From Chthonomonas calidirosea (GTDB lineage: Bacteria > Armatimonadota > Fimbriimonadia > Fimbriimonadales > Fimbriimonadaceae), in NCBI GenBank assembly GCA_945859975.1, contig CAMAPH010000008.1, positions 16,121-80,120 on the forward strand: a stretch of DNA of 64,000 nucleotides, in the 5' to 3' direction. The position numbers and the translations under genes were made by a program. The notes beneath the pieces are model-generated. The model did not search any database and was not told where the DNA came from. It worked only from the letters and a program-made list of their open reading frames with translations. Shown here in pieces: positions 10,364 through 20,569 of this stretch; the first letter of the stretch is position 1; the number at the start of each line of letters is the position of its first letter.

Positions 10364-11067
10364 AATTTGACATTTCCGCTCATCAGCCTTTTTTCCGGTT
10401 TGCGGAGCTCGATTCAACGCAAACCTACGTTTCAGCGTCGATTCGTGACGGTGAACCGATCTCTGGCTGCCTCACGGAGAGCCAAACCAACGGACGTGGA
10501 CGATTTCAGCGCGAATGGATTGCTGGTCCCAACTCTAGCCTGACCACCACTTTGGTGTTCAATGCCTACAAAAACCACCCGGAGCCTCACCTAATTGGTA
10601 TGGCGACGGCGATCGCCGTGGCTAACGCTTTCGACGCAAAGCTACAGTGGCCGAACGACATCGTAGTTGGCGGCAAGAAGCTTGCCGGAATTCTAACCGA
10701 GGTAATTGTGGGCCCAGATGGTGATCGTCGAACCATCGTCGGCATTGGGCTTAACCTTGGACAAACGCGGTTCCCTACCGAAATCGCCTTTCGGGCAACG
10801 AGCCTCGCCATAGAAGGACGTGAAGTACCGACAATTGACGAGGCGCTTCAGAGAGTTATTGCCAGCATCCATGCCGTTCCGGAGCCAGATGCCTGGTCAG
10901 CCCTTAGAGATCACTGGGATCGCCGCTGCGCAACCCAAGGAAAGATCTTCCTCCTCCCGGGGGGCGACATGGCGCTCGGCGTCAGAGTAAACGAAGCTGC
11001 GTGCCTTGAATGCACGGTTGATCAGCAAACACGCGTGGTAAGCGTGGGAGAAGCCTTATTTGGCTAG
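10360..11067 (+). CDS. birA: Biotin--[acetyl-CoA-carboxylase] ligase (no HTH)
   Basis: DST, QT.GRGR..REW, WPNDI, KKLAGIL.E, GIGLN. Confidence 0.9.
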   Translation: MKFDISAHQPFFRFAELDSTQTYVSASIRDGEPISGCLTESQTNGRGRFQREWIAGPNSSLTTTLVFNAYKNHPEPHLIGMATAIAVANAFDAKLQWPNDIVVGGKKLAGILTEVIVGPDGDRRTIVGIGLNLGQTRFPTEIAFRATSLAIEGREVPTIDEALQRVIASIHAVPEPDAWSALRDHWDRRCATQGKIFLLPGGDMALGVRVNEAACLECTVDQQTRVVSVGEALFG

Positions 11068-11082
11068 AACTTCGAATGAAGT

Positions 11083-11157
11083 TGGAGCGGGCGACGAGAT
11101 TCGAACCCGCGACCTATTCCTTGGCAAGGAATCGCTCTACCACTGAGCCACGCCCGC
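11083..11157 (-). tRNA. tRNA-Gly (GCC)
   Basis: Reverse complement GCGGGCGTGGCTCAGTGGTAGAGCG...TTCCTTGCCAAGGAA...GGTTCGAATCTCGTCGCCCGCTCCA: cloverleaf, TTCGA loop, encoded CCA. Confidence 0.97.
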
Positions 11158-11244
11158 TCGCGGATTAGTAAGTTACCCGAACCCGCATCCATTGTCAACC
11201 CTAACCCACCTTCTTCCAAGCTAGATTCCCTTCATAATGCCGGT

Positions 11245-12006
11245 ATGCCTATTGATCTCAATGTTCTTGCCGAAATAGGCACTCGTGCGGGACTACTCGC
11301 TCAAGAGGAACGGAAGCGACTCGCGACTGAACTTAAGTCCGACGGCAGCCTTGTCACGAACGCAGATCGAAAAGTCGAAGAATTCTTGCGGTCTGAACTC
11401 GCTCCCCTGGCGACCAACACGTCGGTCTGGGGCGAAGAGTTTGGCCGCGCGGACGAAGATACGAACGGCATCTGGCTTCTAGACCCCATCGACGGCACAT
11501 CCAACTTTGCCATGGGCCTGCCTACGTGGGGCGTGAGCATTGCTCGTTGGCATGATGGCGCCCTTCGTGAAGGCTGCATTTACCTTCCAGACCTCGGAGA
11601 ACTGTATGTCGCGGGAGAGGGCCGAGGAGCTACCTTGAATGGCGAGCCCATTAGCGTGGTCGTGCCCGGAAGACCAAAGGCATTTGAGTTGATCTCGTGC
11701 TGTCCGCACATCGCACCGCTCATCGGGAGCGAAAAGGTGCCCGGAAGACTACGTTGTTTCGGCGCATCCGTCGTAGACGGCAGTTGGACGGTTACCCAGC
11801 GTCTACGGGGCTTGTATGGGATGGGAGAGCGACTTTACGATGTTGCTGCGACCCTGGTGATGGCCGCCGAGGTCGGACTGATCGCGAGCTACACGGACGG
11901 TACGCCGCTAAATCTTCCTTCACTGGTTGCTGGAACGCCGATTCACCGACCGTGGCAGATCATGCCACAGGCAGACAAAGCAACTTCCGCAAATCCTCGG
12001 GGGTGA
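11245..12006 (+). CDS. Inositol monophosphatase family protein
   Basis: K.DGSLVT.AD, GEE, WLLDPIDGTSNF, YDVAA. Confidence 0.92.
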   Translation: MPIDLNVLAEIGTRAGLLAQEERKRLATELKSDGSLVTNADRKVEEFLRSELAPLATNTSVWGEEFGRADEDTNGIWLLDPIDGTSNFAMGLPTWGVSIARWHDGALREGCIYLPDLGELYVAGEGRGATLNGEPISVVVPGRPKAFELISCCPHIAPLIGSEKVPGRLRCFGASVVDGSWTVTQRLRGLYGMGERLYDVAATLVMAAEVGLIASYTDGTPLNLPSLVAGTPIHRPWQIMPQADKATSANPRG

Positions 12007-12472
12007 CATTGTCCGAAGCGTCCTTGGCCTTTCGCGACCAAGTGACCTTTCCTTCGGCATCAATAACAAACGCCCCACCAAGCTGGATTGGATCGGTTGT
12101 AGGCAAGAAACCACCTTTCGTGCCGGACTTAATCACCGCAAATCCTCGCTTAACAACGCTCGGGCCGAAGAGTTGCCCAATCGAAGCCCGCTGCAGCCCG
12201 AAGTGCAAATAAAGGTGGTGCTGCGGGTCCGAAATGAACGTGTGGGGAGATCGCGTTGCGTCCTTTAAACGTTGCGATTCCTCTGCGGAGCTTAGTGTCA
12301 CGAACGCGATCGGCAAATCGAGCGCATCGTTCAGAAGCTGAATCTGTTCACGGCAAAAGATGCAACCGGAATGCCGGAGGAAGATGAGGGCAAAAGGCAA
12401 ACCGGGAAAGAGCTTGGCAATGGCGACCTCTTGCCCGGTCGAAAGCAGAACCGTTCGATCTGGCAGATTCAT
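11960..12472 (-). CDS. Peroxiredoxin-like (AhpC/TSA-2) protein
   Basis: LIFLRHSGCIFCRE, SDP...LY..FGL, QLGGAFVID; ATG at 12472 lies just after the sigma stop. Confidence 0.85.
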   Translation of the reverse strand: MNLPDRTVLLSTGQEVAIAKLFPGLPFALIFLRHSGCIFCREQIQLLNDALDLPIAFVTLSSAEESQRLKDATRSPHTFISDPQHHLYLHFGLQRASIGQLFGPSVVKRGFAVIKSGTKGGFLPTTDPIQLGGAFVIDAEGKVTWSRKAKDASDNVTPEDLRKLLCLPVA

Positions 12473-12483
12473 GTTAATGCGTA

Positions 12484-13521
12484 CTACGCATCGACCGCAA
12501 CATCTATCAACTCTTGGAACGGTTTCATTTTCGATGGGTGCTTCAATTTCTTGAGCGACTTCTGCTCGATTTGCCGAATTCGCTCTCGAGTGACCTGGAA
12601 ACACCGCGCCACTTCTTCAAGCGTGTGAGGTTGGCCATCTAAAAGGCCGTACCGCATCATGATCACTTCCCTTTCGCGTTCCGCTAAAGTCGAGAGCAGA
12701 TCATCGATCTGGCCTCGCAAAATTGATCGTAGCGCTGCATCGGCCGGGTTCTCGCCGGAACGATCCACAAGAAACTCAACCAGCGACGTATCTTCGCTGT
12801 CGCCGATAGGAGAATCCAGCGAAAGTGGCTCGGCAATGGCGCGTTGAAACTCTTCGACTCGCTCGACCGAAATGTTGAGACACTCCCCGATTTCCTGGGA
12901 AGTTGCTTCTCGGCCAAGAGTCTGCTGAAGCTGTCCCGTCGATCGCATCATGCGATTGACGGCTTCAAGCGTGTGGACTGGAATTCGAATCGTCCGCCCG
13001 TGATCGGAAAGGGCACGAGAAATAGCCTGTCGAACCCACCAGGTGGCGTAAGTGCTGAACCGGAAGCCTCGCTCGGGGTCAAACTTCTCGACGGCGCGAA
13101 TCAGACCCATATTGCCTTCCTGGATCAGATCCTGCATGGAAAGACCGCGGCTGATGAATCGCTTTGCAATGGACACCACAAGGCGAAGGTTTGCCTCGAT
13201 GAGCATCTGCTTGCAACGATCGCAACCTGTTCGTGCGCACCGCGCCAAGTTGACTTCGTCTTCGGCATTCAGAAGGGGAATGCGACCGATCTTTTGAAGC
13301 CACATTCGAACCGAGTCTTCGAAGTGATGCTCAACTTCGGAAGGACTCGCCTCAACGTCTCCCTCGGTTTCGAACGATTCTTCCGAGACCGAGCGATTAC
13401 GTGCGTTTTGGTTCGCCGCAAGCATCCTAGCCGGACAACGTGGTGTCCGATGGAAAACGAGTGCGGTTCCCCCTCCGCACTCCGTAGTGCCCTCCGTCAA
13501 TTCCTTCCCTGAAAGCATCAT
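12484..13521 (-). CDS. RNA polymerase sigma-70 factor, RpoD/SigA-like (start uncertain)
   Basis: [58 protein letters not shown]...[11 protein letters not shown]. Confidence 0.95.
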   Translation of the reverse strand: MMLSGKELTEGTTECGGGTALVFHRTPRCPARMLAANQNARNRSVSEESFETEGDVEASPSEVEHHFEDSVRMWLQKIGRIPLLNAEDEVNLARCARTGCDRCKQMLIEANLRLVVSIAKRFISRGLSMQDLIQEGNMGLIRAVEKFDPERGFRFSTYATWWVRQAISRALSDHGRTIRIPVHTLEAVNRMMRSTGQLQQTLGREATSQEIGECLNISVERVEEFQRAIAEPLSLDSPIGDSEDTSLVEFLVDRSGENPADAALRSILRGQIDDLLSTLAEREREVIMMRYGLLDGQPHTLEEVARCFQVTRERIRQIEQKSLKKLKHPSKMKPFQELIDVAVDA

Positions 13522-13614
13522 TAGATCACGCGACCTCCGTTGGTGAGCGCGAACGTCTTACACTATAGCAAAGGTTTTCCGAGTCTCCTTCAGAATTCTT
13601 CCGAACCGCGTGAA

Positions 13615-15378
13615 TTACCAGTCTTCATGCGTCGATTCGGCTTCCTGAGGCGGAATTGGCTTGAGTTTCTTGAGCTGCTCAAGATACTTTTGCCGTTCCT
13701 CATCGCTATCAAGAAGAGGACGGGCGGCGGTCGTTTTCTGGAGCGTGGCCTTTTCTCGAAGTTTAACAATCGACTCGGTGATGTAATCCTCTTTCAGCAT
13801 GTCGCCACGAAGGTCTTCTTCGATGTCGGCAAGGATTGATCGCAATCGCTCCGGTTCGAGATTTCCCAGCCACTGACTCACCTCACCATTTGGCGCAGAG
13901 GTTGGAAAGGTAAGCGCAATCGCGGCGGAAAGCTCCTTCCCGAGCGAAGTGACGAACAAGTCGCCGTGCCTTGAAAACATCCAGCCTTCCTTCCTGAACT
14001 TACTGCTGAGAAAAGCCCGAAACACCACGACCTCGGCCGATTCCAGGTCCTTCACGGTCGTCCTGGCCCGAGTGATCGACCGAGCCGCCTGTCGAGTCGC
14101 CTCCGGATCAAATGCCCGAGCTCGACGGATGTTGCCTACGGTCCGTTTGAGCGCCTTTTGCGCCTGGATCGGATCCGTTAGGCCGGGATACTTCGGGGCA
14201 AGGCGAACCAATTGCCGATCAAGCTCCAACTCGTTCGGAGCGTCAGCAAGAATCTCCAGTGCTTCCTGCCAAAAACTCTCATCCGCCGGATCCACTTTCT
14301 CTTCGAGCCGACGAATCTTGAAGTCAATCGGTGGCAGACCTTTCGCCACCGCCTCAGCAACTGCTCCCGGTCCCTTTTGGCGAAGCAAGGAATCTGGGTC
14401 ATCCCCCTTTGGAAGCAAAGAAACCCGCACCCGAAGGCCCTCCGCCTGCATCACCGCAATAGCGCGATCAGCCGCCTTCTGCCCAGCTTCGTCGCTATCG
14501 TAGAGAATCGTAACTTCTTCTGCCCAGCGCTTCAGCAACTTTGCTTGCTCCTCGGTCGCCGAGGTGCCAAGTGAAGCCACCGCTTGCGTGACCCCTGCCG
14601 CGTGGCAAGCGATGACATCCAGATAGCCCTCAACCAGGACCGCCCGCTTTAACTTTCCAATCGAGTCCCGCGCTTCGCTGAAGCCGTAGAGCACTCGGCT
14701 CTTCCGATACAGCGGCGTGTCTCCGCTGTTGATGTACTTCGGCATGCCGGTGCCAAGCACGCGTCCTCCAAAGCCAACCGTCGCACCGCGCTCGTCCTTG
14801 ATCGGAAACATGAGTCGGCCGCGAAACTTGTCGAAGAATCCGCCCGATGGATCGGTGTCTACCAAGAATAAGTCTTTACAGTCCTGAAGCGAAAATCCCA
14901 GCTTCTTAAGGTGGTTCGCCAGGGCTTCACCGACCTCGGGGGCATAGCCGATTCCCCACTTGGACAGCGTGTCCGAGTCCAGTCCACGCCTCTCGCAGTA
15001 CTCTCGGGCGGTTGAACTCTTGGAGAGTTGTTCTTGGAAGAACGCCAGCGCCGCCGCCATTGGCTCAGCGTAAGACTTGGACTTTTCCCCGCCCTCGCGG
15101 CTCTTGAGGGTGACTCCCGCCTCTTTCGCAAGAATTCGAAGTGCTTCAACAAAATCGACGTTCTGCCGATTCATGACCCAGTTGAAGATATCTCCCGTCG
15201 CTCCGCAAGACCAGCATTTATAACGTCCGGTGGAGGGTGAAACCGTCATCGACGGATTCTTATCGGGATGGAATGGGCAGAGCCCTTGAAAATTTTTGCC
15301 GACCTTCTTGAGGGGCATTTCAGATGAAATAAGCGAGACGATATCGACTCTTTGTCGAATCTCGTCTCGCTCATCCAT
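13615..15378 (-). CDS. dnaG: DNA primase
   Basis: CPFH..K.PS...C.SC zinc finger, FRGRLMFPI, KYINS, VEGYLD, SLGT, YDSDEAG, DPD. Confidence 0.97.
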   Translation of the reverse strand: MDERDEIRQRVDIVSLISSEMPLKKVGKNFQGLCPFHPDKNPSMTVSPSTGRYKCWSCGATGDIFNWVMNRQNVDFVEALRILAKEAGVTLKSREGGEKSKSYAEPMAAALAFFQEQLSKSSTAREYCERRGLDSDTLSKWGIGYAPEVGEALANHLKKLGFSLQDCKDLFLVDTDPSGGFFDKFRGRLMFPIKDERGATVGFGGRVLGTGMPKYINSGDTPLYRKSRVLYGFSEARDSIGKLKRAVLVEGYLDVIACHAAGVTQAVASLGTSATEEQAKLLKRWAEEVTILYDSDEAGQKAADRAIAVMQAEGLRVRVSLLPKGDDPDSLLRQKGPGAVAEAVAKGLPPIDFKIRRLEEKVDPADESFWQEALEILADAPNELELDRQLVRLAPKYPGLTDPIQAQKALKRTVGNIRRARAFDPEATRQAARSITRARTTVKDLESAEVVVFRAFLSSKFRKEGWMFSRHGDLFVTSLGKELSAAIALTFPTSAPNGEVSQWLGNLEPERLRSILADIEEDLRGDMLKEDYITESIVKLREKATLQKTTAARPLLDSDEERQKYLEQLKKLKPIPPQEAESTHEDW

Positions 15379-15420
15379 GCTATCAGCCTACTTCAGGGTC
15401 CATGCCCTGCGCAGGTTGAC

Positions 15421-16302
15421 TTACGACTTTCCGGCCGCAACCACGACGCCAACGACGACCTGTGGTTTCTTTGGTGCAAGCCGAGCAAATCGGAATGCAA
15501 CCTTGCCTCGGGTGAGGTACTTCACGAACATGTTGTCACCGGCAATTTCATAACCGTCCGGATTCGCATACTTGCCGACAACGGTCTTGAAGTTCGCGCC
15601 AAACGTAACGCCGTTTCGGGTCTTGACCATGGGATCCTTCAACCCGATGGCTTCGATCTGAACAACTCGACCGAGTCGGTCGATGATGAACGCGTACTTC
15701 GAGGACTTCTTGTTGTAGACCCATCGAGTAAACGTCACTCGCGTTCCGGCTCCTGCAGCCGGAGGAGCACCCGCTGCGCCACCGCCAGCTGGAGGTGCGC
15801 CTGCACCCGGTCGTCCACCGCCAGGGCCACCGACTCCCGGAGGAGGGCCGCCGCCATTGGGAACGCCTGGAGGCGGACCGCCAGGACCAAACGGGCTAGA
15901 GCCACCGCTTTGGCGGCCACCAGGGGCAAACTGTCGTAGATCGTCTTCGGACGAAAGAGGTGGCATAAAGTCAGCTAGCTGTCCGCCTGCCGCTCCGCCT
16001 CCACCCGCCGCACGGCCACCGCCGCCAGCACCGGCTGCACCGGGTCTTCCGGCAGGTGCGCCAGGAGCACCAGCTCCACCGCCACCACCGCCGAACTGGG
16101 CGCCGCCACCGAGGGTCACCGGTAGGATTTCATCCGGTGTACCAAACTTCTGCAATACGCGGGTGCTTTTGTCAAACAGGTTGATTCCTAACAACCCTGT
16201 CTCCGCACGCTGCGCGAGTGCACTCGCAGCAAGCGGAACCATTGCAAGCACCGTTAGCGTTTTTTGAACAATCCTCGTCTTCAAAGGGAATTCGTCCTCC
16301 AT
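15421..16302 (-). CDS. Secreted hypothetical protein with Gly/Pro-rich central linker
   Basis: Signal-peptide-like ASALA; long G/P/A tract between two globular-looking parts. Confidence 0.75.
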   Translation of the reverse strand: MEDEFPLKTRIVQKTLTVLAMVPLAASALAQRAETGLLGINLFDKSTRVLQKFGTPDEILPVTLGGGAQFGGGGGGAGAPGAPAGRPGAAGAGGGGRAAGGGGAAGGQLADFMPPLSSEDDLRQFAPGGRQSGGSSPFGPGGPPPGVPNGGGPPPGVGGPGGGRPGAGAPPAGGGAAGAPPAAGAGTRVTFTRWVYNKKSSKYAFIIDRLGRVVQIEAIGLKDPMVKTRNGVTFGANFKTVVGKYANPDGYEIAGDNMFVKYLTRGKVAFRFARLAPKKPQVVVGVVVAAGKS

Positions 16303-16433
16303 TGTGGGCGAGACATCCTGCCTGCCCTTACGCTAGTTATTGACGTACCTAGGACCCGGATTCGTAACAGGTCCTAGAAAGGAACCTCAGGTATACACCC
16401 GGTATTAGTTCAGTTAAGGAAACTGACAATCTC

Positions 16434-16757
16434 ATGGCAGCCAATTTAGAAATCAGCAGCTCGCAGTTCGAAGCCGAAGTCATCAACTCGGAACTTCCCG
16501 TCCTCATCGACTTCTGGGCACCTTGGTGCGGCCCTTGCCGAGCCATCGCTCCATCGGTCGAAGCTCTCGCCGAAGAGTTCGCCGGAAAAGCGAAGGTCTT
16601 CAAGATCGACGTCGACAAGGAACCAGACCTCGCCTCTAAGTACGGAGTAATGAGCATCCCTGCTCTCCATGTCTTCAAGGGCGGACGAGAAGTCAACAAG
16701 GCCGTCGGTGCCTTGCCAAAGGATCAGATCAAAGCTCTGATCGAATCCGCACTCTAA
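16434..16757 (+). CDS. trxA: Thioredoxin
   Basis: DFWAPWCGPC, SIP. Confidence 0.97.
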   Translation: MAANLEISSSQFEAEVINSELPVLIDFWAPWCGPCRAIAPSVEALAEEFAGKAKVFKIDVDKEPDLASKYGVMSIPALHVFKGGREVNKAVGALPKDQIKALIESAL

Positions 16758-16774
16758 ACGAGTCCAGCGTTCAG

Positions 16775-16807
16775 AAGGGCCCGATTCCGCAAGGATCGGG
16801 CCCTTTT
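16775..16807 (+). terminator. Intrinsic terminator after trxA
   Basis: AAGGGCCCGAT..GCAA..ATCGGGCCCTT hairpin followed by T-run. Confidence 0.8.
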
Positions 16808-16822
16808 CGGTTTAATTGACCT

Positions 16823-18421
16823 GTGAGTTCCGAACCCAAACCGGCCGATGTTGGCACCAGCGTGGCCAAAGCCGGCGGAATCATGGTCGTCTCGCTCTTC
16901 CTGAGCCGAGTTCTCGGCATGGTCCGGGAGATGGTCATGACCGGAAAGTTCGGGTCCGGCAGTCAAACCGACGCCTACAATCTGGCCTTTTCTTTGCCAG
17001 ACTTGCTCTTCTTTCTCATCGCCGGCGGCGCACTGAGTTCGGCATTCATCCCGGTCTTCACGGAGTACTACCAAACCGAACGCGAAGACGAGGCTTGGCA
17101 TGTGTTCAGCGTGGTCGCCACCGTGATGTCGATCGTCGTCCTGACCTTCATCACGATTGCCTGGATTCTCGCTGAGCCGATCACTCACCTCCTCGCGCCG
17201 TCAGCAACCGGGCAAAAGTTCAACGACATCGTGCTGATGAGCCGAATCGTGTTGCCAACCCAGTACGCGTTCTTCATCGGCGGCCTAATGTTTGGAACCC
17301 TTTACGCAAGGAGGGTTTTTGCCATTCCGGGCCTGGGACCGAACGTTTACAACATTGGGATCCTATTCGGCGCCCTCGTGCTGTCCAGCTTCACCAATCC
17401 ACCCATTGCTGGTATGTCCTGGGGAGCGCTCGGCGGAGCGATGATCGGCAACCTGATCATTCCATTCCTGACCATGCGCAAGCTCGGGTCGAAGTTTGCC
17501 TTCTCGCTCGATGTTCGCCATCCGGGCGTCGTTAAGGTCTTCAAGCTGATGCTGCCGGTGGTCCTTGGGCTCTCGCTACCCGGCGTTTACGATCTGATCT
17601 CCCGTTATTACGGGCAGATGTATTCCGACGGGTTGGTCACCAACCTCAAACTCGGCAATGTCCTGATGCAAGCGCCCCTTGCAGTGTTCGGCCAATCGCT
17701 CGCTCTGGCTGCCTTCCCGGTGCTGTCCCAACACTTCGCCCGTGGCGAAACCGGACTCTACCAGTCCCAGATGAACGCAACCATCCGCCAGGTGCTGTTC
17801 ATCTCGATCCCGATTTCCGCGCTCATGTTCGCCGCGCCCGAGCCGATTGTCGTGGCGATCTTCCAGCACGGCGCTTTTACGGTTGAGAGCTCCCGAATCG
17901 TTTCCGACCTGCTGCGTCTTCTGAGCCTTGGCATTTGGGCCTGGTGCCTGCATCCGGTTCTCATGCGGGGATTCTTTGCCGCGCAGCATTCGACAACCCC
18001 AATCGTTATCGGCACGATCACTACGGGCGTGTTCTTCATTCTCATCAACCTCGGACGGCAGACCTCGCTCAGCTATCTGGCGATTCCATTAGCATCCTCC
18101 CTTTCCGGCCTATTTCTGGTGGCGGCTCTCCTGTTTGCTCTGCACCGCCGAATGGGCGGGGTTGACTTTGCCGGAATCCTATCCACGATGGGTAAGGCCC
18201 TGCTGGGTTCGATCGTGTTCGTTGGTGTTACTTACGGCTTGCTCCAAGTTCCATACCTGCAGTCGATCCAGACCAACAAACTCGGCGCGGTGCTGATCCT
18301 GCTGCTCGTTTGCCTTCCCGGATTTTCGCTCTACGTGATCATCGCTCGGGCGCTGAAAATGCCAGAAACCGCCGCGCTTGACCGGACCTTTGACAAAATC
18401 CGTAGCCGGGTTGGCCGCTGA
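16823..18421 (+). CDS. murJ: Lipid II flippase MurJ (MviN)
   Basis: SRVLGMVRE, GGALSSAFIPVF, about 14 hydrophobic segments. Confidence 0.93.
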   Translation: MSSEPKPADVGTSVAKAGGIMVVSLFLSRVLGMVREMVMTGKFGSGSQTDAYNLAFSLPDLLFFLIAGGALSSAFIPVFTEYYQTEREDEAWHVFSVVATVMSIVVLTFITIAWILAEPITHLLAPSATGQKFNDIVLMSRIVLPTQYAFFIGGLMFGTLYARRVFAIPGLGPNVYNIGILFGALVLSSFTNPPIAGMSWGALGGAMIGNLIIPFLTMRKLGSKFAFSLDVRHPGVVKVFKLMLPVVLGLSLPGVYDLISRYYGQMYSDGLVTNLKLGNVLMQAPLAVFGQSLALAAFPVLSQHFARGETGLYQSQMNATIRQVLFISIPISALMFAAPEPIVVAIFQHGAFTVESSRIVSDLLRLLSLGIWAWCLHPVLMRGFFAAQHSTTPIVIGTITTGVFFILINLGRQTSLSYLAIPLASSLSGLFLVAALLFALHRRMGGVDFAGILSTMGKALLGSIVFVGVTYGLLQVPYLQSIQTNKLGAVLILLLVCLPGFSLYVIIARALKMPETAALDRTFDKIRSRVGR

Positions 18422-18441
18422 CCGGCTGGTATCTTGATGCC

Positions 18442-19623
18442 ATGGACAACGTGGTCATCGTTTCTGGCGCCCGCACCGCAATCGGCGCATTTCAAGGCAG
18501 TCTTAGTAGCAAATCCGCCCCTGCGCTAGGTTCGGTCGCCCTTCGCGAAGCAATCTCACGGGCTGGAATCGATGCCGCGGAGATTAGCGAAGTCCTCATG
18601 GGCAACGTGCTCAGCGGCGGTCTTGGTCAAGCACCGGCTCGACAGGCTGCGCTTGGCGCGGACCTTCCAAACTCCGTCCCGTGCACCACCGTCAACAAGG
18701 TTTGCGGCTCGGGCATGAAAACGGTCATGATGGCCGCCCAGGCCCTCCGCGCCGGAGACGCCAGGATCGTCGTTGCCGGCGGAATGGAGAGCATGTCCAA
18801 CGCGCCCTATGCCCTCGAGAAAGCCCGAACGGGTTACCGGATGGGTAACGGCACGCTGCTCGACCTGATGATCCACGACGGCTTGTGGGACCCATACAAC
18901 AACTGCCACATGGGCAACTGCGGAGATTCCACCGCAAGCGAGTTCAACATATCGCGCGAGGAGTTGGACGCCTTCTCCGCCGAAAGCTATCGTCGCGCCA
19001 TGGCCGCCCAAGCCGAAGGACGATTTGAGCGAGAAATCGCACCGATTCTGATTCCGCAACGAAAAGGCGACCCAGTTCAAGTCAACCAAGACGAAGAACC
19101 CGGCAAAGGGGATCCCGCAAAGCTTCCTTCCCTTCGAGCAGCGTTCAGCAAAGACGGCGTCACGACCGCCGGCAACGCAAGCTCGCTCAATGACGGCGGC
19201 TGCGCTCTCGTGCTCATGCTCGAATCTGAAGCCCAAAAGCGCGGCCTCAAGCCACTCGCTCGAGTTGTCGCTCAGGCACAATTCGCGCAGGCACCCGAGC
19301 GGTTCACCAGCGCACCGACTGGCGCCATCCAAGCCGTTTTGGCCAAGGCAAAACTAAGCGTCTCCGACGTCGACATCTTCGAAGTCAACGAGGCTTTCGC
19401 CGTCGTGGCCATGCTCGTTGCCCAACAGGCCGGGATTCCACACGAGAAACTGAACTTAAACGGCGGCGCAGTTGCCCTGGGGCACCCAATCGGCATGACC
19501 GGTGCGCGTCTGATTCTGACTGCCGCCTACGAACTCCAAGCGCGAGAAGCCCGGTACGCCGTTTGCTCGCCCTGCATTGGCGGCGGCGAAGCAACGGCCG
19601 TTCTTCTGGAACGAGTCAGCTAG
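18442..19623 (+). CDS. Acetyl-CoA C-acetyltransferase (thiolase)
   Basis: NKVCGSG, GGMESMS, NEAFA, GHPIG, CIGGG. Confidence 0.96.
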   Translation: MDNVVIVSGARTAIGAFQGSLSSKSAPALGSVALREAISRAGIDAAEISEVLMGNVLSGGLGQAPARQAALGADLPNSVPCTTVNKVCGSGMKTVMMAAQALRAGDARIVVAGGMESMSNAPYALEKARTGYRMGNGTLLDLMIHDGLWDPYNNCHMGNCGDSTASEFNISREELDAFSAESYRRAMAAQAEGRFEREIAPILIPQRKGDPVQVNQDEEPGKGDPAKLPSLRAAFSKDGVTTAGNASSLNDGGCALVLMLESEAQKRGLKPLARVVAQAQFAQAPERFTSAPTGAIQAVLAKAKLSVSDVDIFEVNEAFAVVAMLVAQQAGIPHEKLNLNGGAVALGHPIGMTGARLILTAAYELQAREARYAVCSPCIGGGEATAVLLERVS

Positions 19624-20569
19624 CCTCGGACCGATTCTTCAGGTTCAACTTCACGTTGCGGACTAGACCATCGAATCCGGCTCGGCGAATCGCTGAGCCG
19701 GCAAACCGTTCATCCCAATCTTCCCGGCTCATGTTCGCGAGTTGCACCAAACTCGGATACTCACGGGCCGCAAAATCGGGTTCCGTCGTGACCTGCCCCC
19801 GTTCCGGCTGCCGTGGCCCGGTGTGGTTAAACGGACAAACGTCCTGGCAAACGTCGCATCCAAAACTCCAGTCCCCAACACCCTTGGCCAACCCTTCGGA
19901 GATCTCGCCGCGGTGCTCAATCGTGAGATAGCTCACACATCGGTTTGAATTGATGAACCATCTTCCGTTGCCAAATTGAATCGCTCCGGTCGGACAGGCC
20001 TCAATGCATGCGCGGCAAGTCCCGCAGCCGCCTAACGCCGGTTGATCGCGCTGAATGTCCAGCGACGTGAGAATGAGGGCAATGAAACAGAAGCTGCCCC
20101 GCTTGCTATCGATCAGGCACGTGTTCTTCCCAAACCAACCAAGCCCTGCCAAGTGGGCGTACTCACGTTCAAAAATCGGCGCGCTGTCGATGCATCCTCG
20201 GAACTCCGCCCCCGGAAACTCCTGTTCCCACCGGGCAATCAGCCGGTTCATCTTGCTGCGAATAACCTTGTGATAGTCCCGACCTCGCGCATATTGCGCA
20301 ACCCGAAAGTCTGCCGCCACCGCTGCTGGTTGGCGATAATTCAAAGTCAGCGCAATTACCGTCTGGGCGGACTCTAACAACCGCCGGGGGTCGCTTCGCA
20401 GCTCAACCGAGTTCGGCAAGTACTCCATCCCCGCGTGATTCCCGTCAGCAAGCCACTGCTTGTAAAAGTCAAGCCCTGCGGGCGGCTCGATCGCGCAGAT
20501 TCCAGCCGTTGTAAAGCCAAACTCGATCGCGTCGGATTTAAACGGGCCAGAATCCAGGAACTCGCTCAC
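19616..20569 (-). CDS. queG: Epoxyqueuosine reductase
   Basis: YARGRDYH, DSAP..ER, AGLGWFGKN, CGTC..C...CPT, GCDVCQDVCPFN. Confidence 0.95.
   Translation of the reverse strand: MSEFLDSGPFKSDAIEFGFTTAGICAIEPPAGLDFYKQWLADGNHAGMEYLPNSVELRSDPRRLLESAQTVIALTLNYRQPAAVAADFRVAQYARGRDYHKVIRSKMNRLIARWEQEFPGAEFRGCIDSAPIFEREYAHLAGLGWFGKNTCLIDSKRGSFCFIALILTSLDIQRDQPALGGCGTCRACIEACPTGAIQFGNGRWFINSNRCVSYLTIEHRGEISEGLAKGVGDWSFGCDVCQDVCPFNHTGPRQPERGQVTTEPDFAAREYPSLVQLANMSREDWDERFAGSAIRRAGFDGLVRNVKLNLKNRSEAS

Noticed and set aside
11083..11245. tRNA-Gly as an island integration site
   Set aside because: No integrase or duplicated tRNA 3' end seen; flanks are housekeeping genes
11960..12472. Selenoprotein possibility for the peroxiredoxin-like gene
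   Set aside because: The CxxC uses cysteine codons; the TGA is at the natural C-terminus
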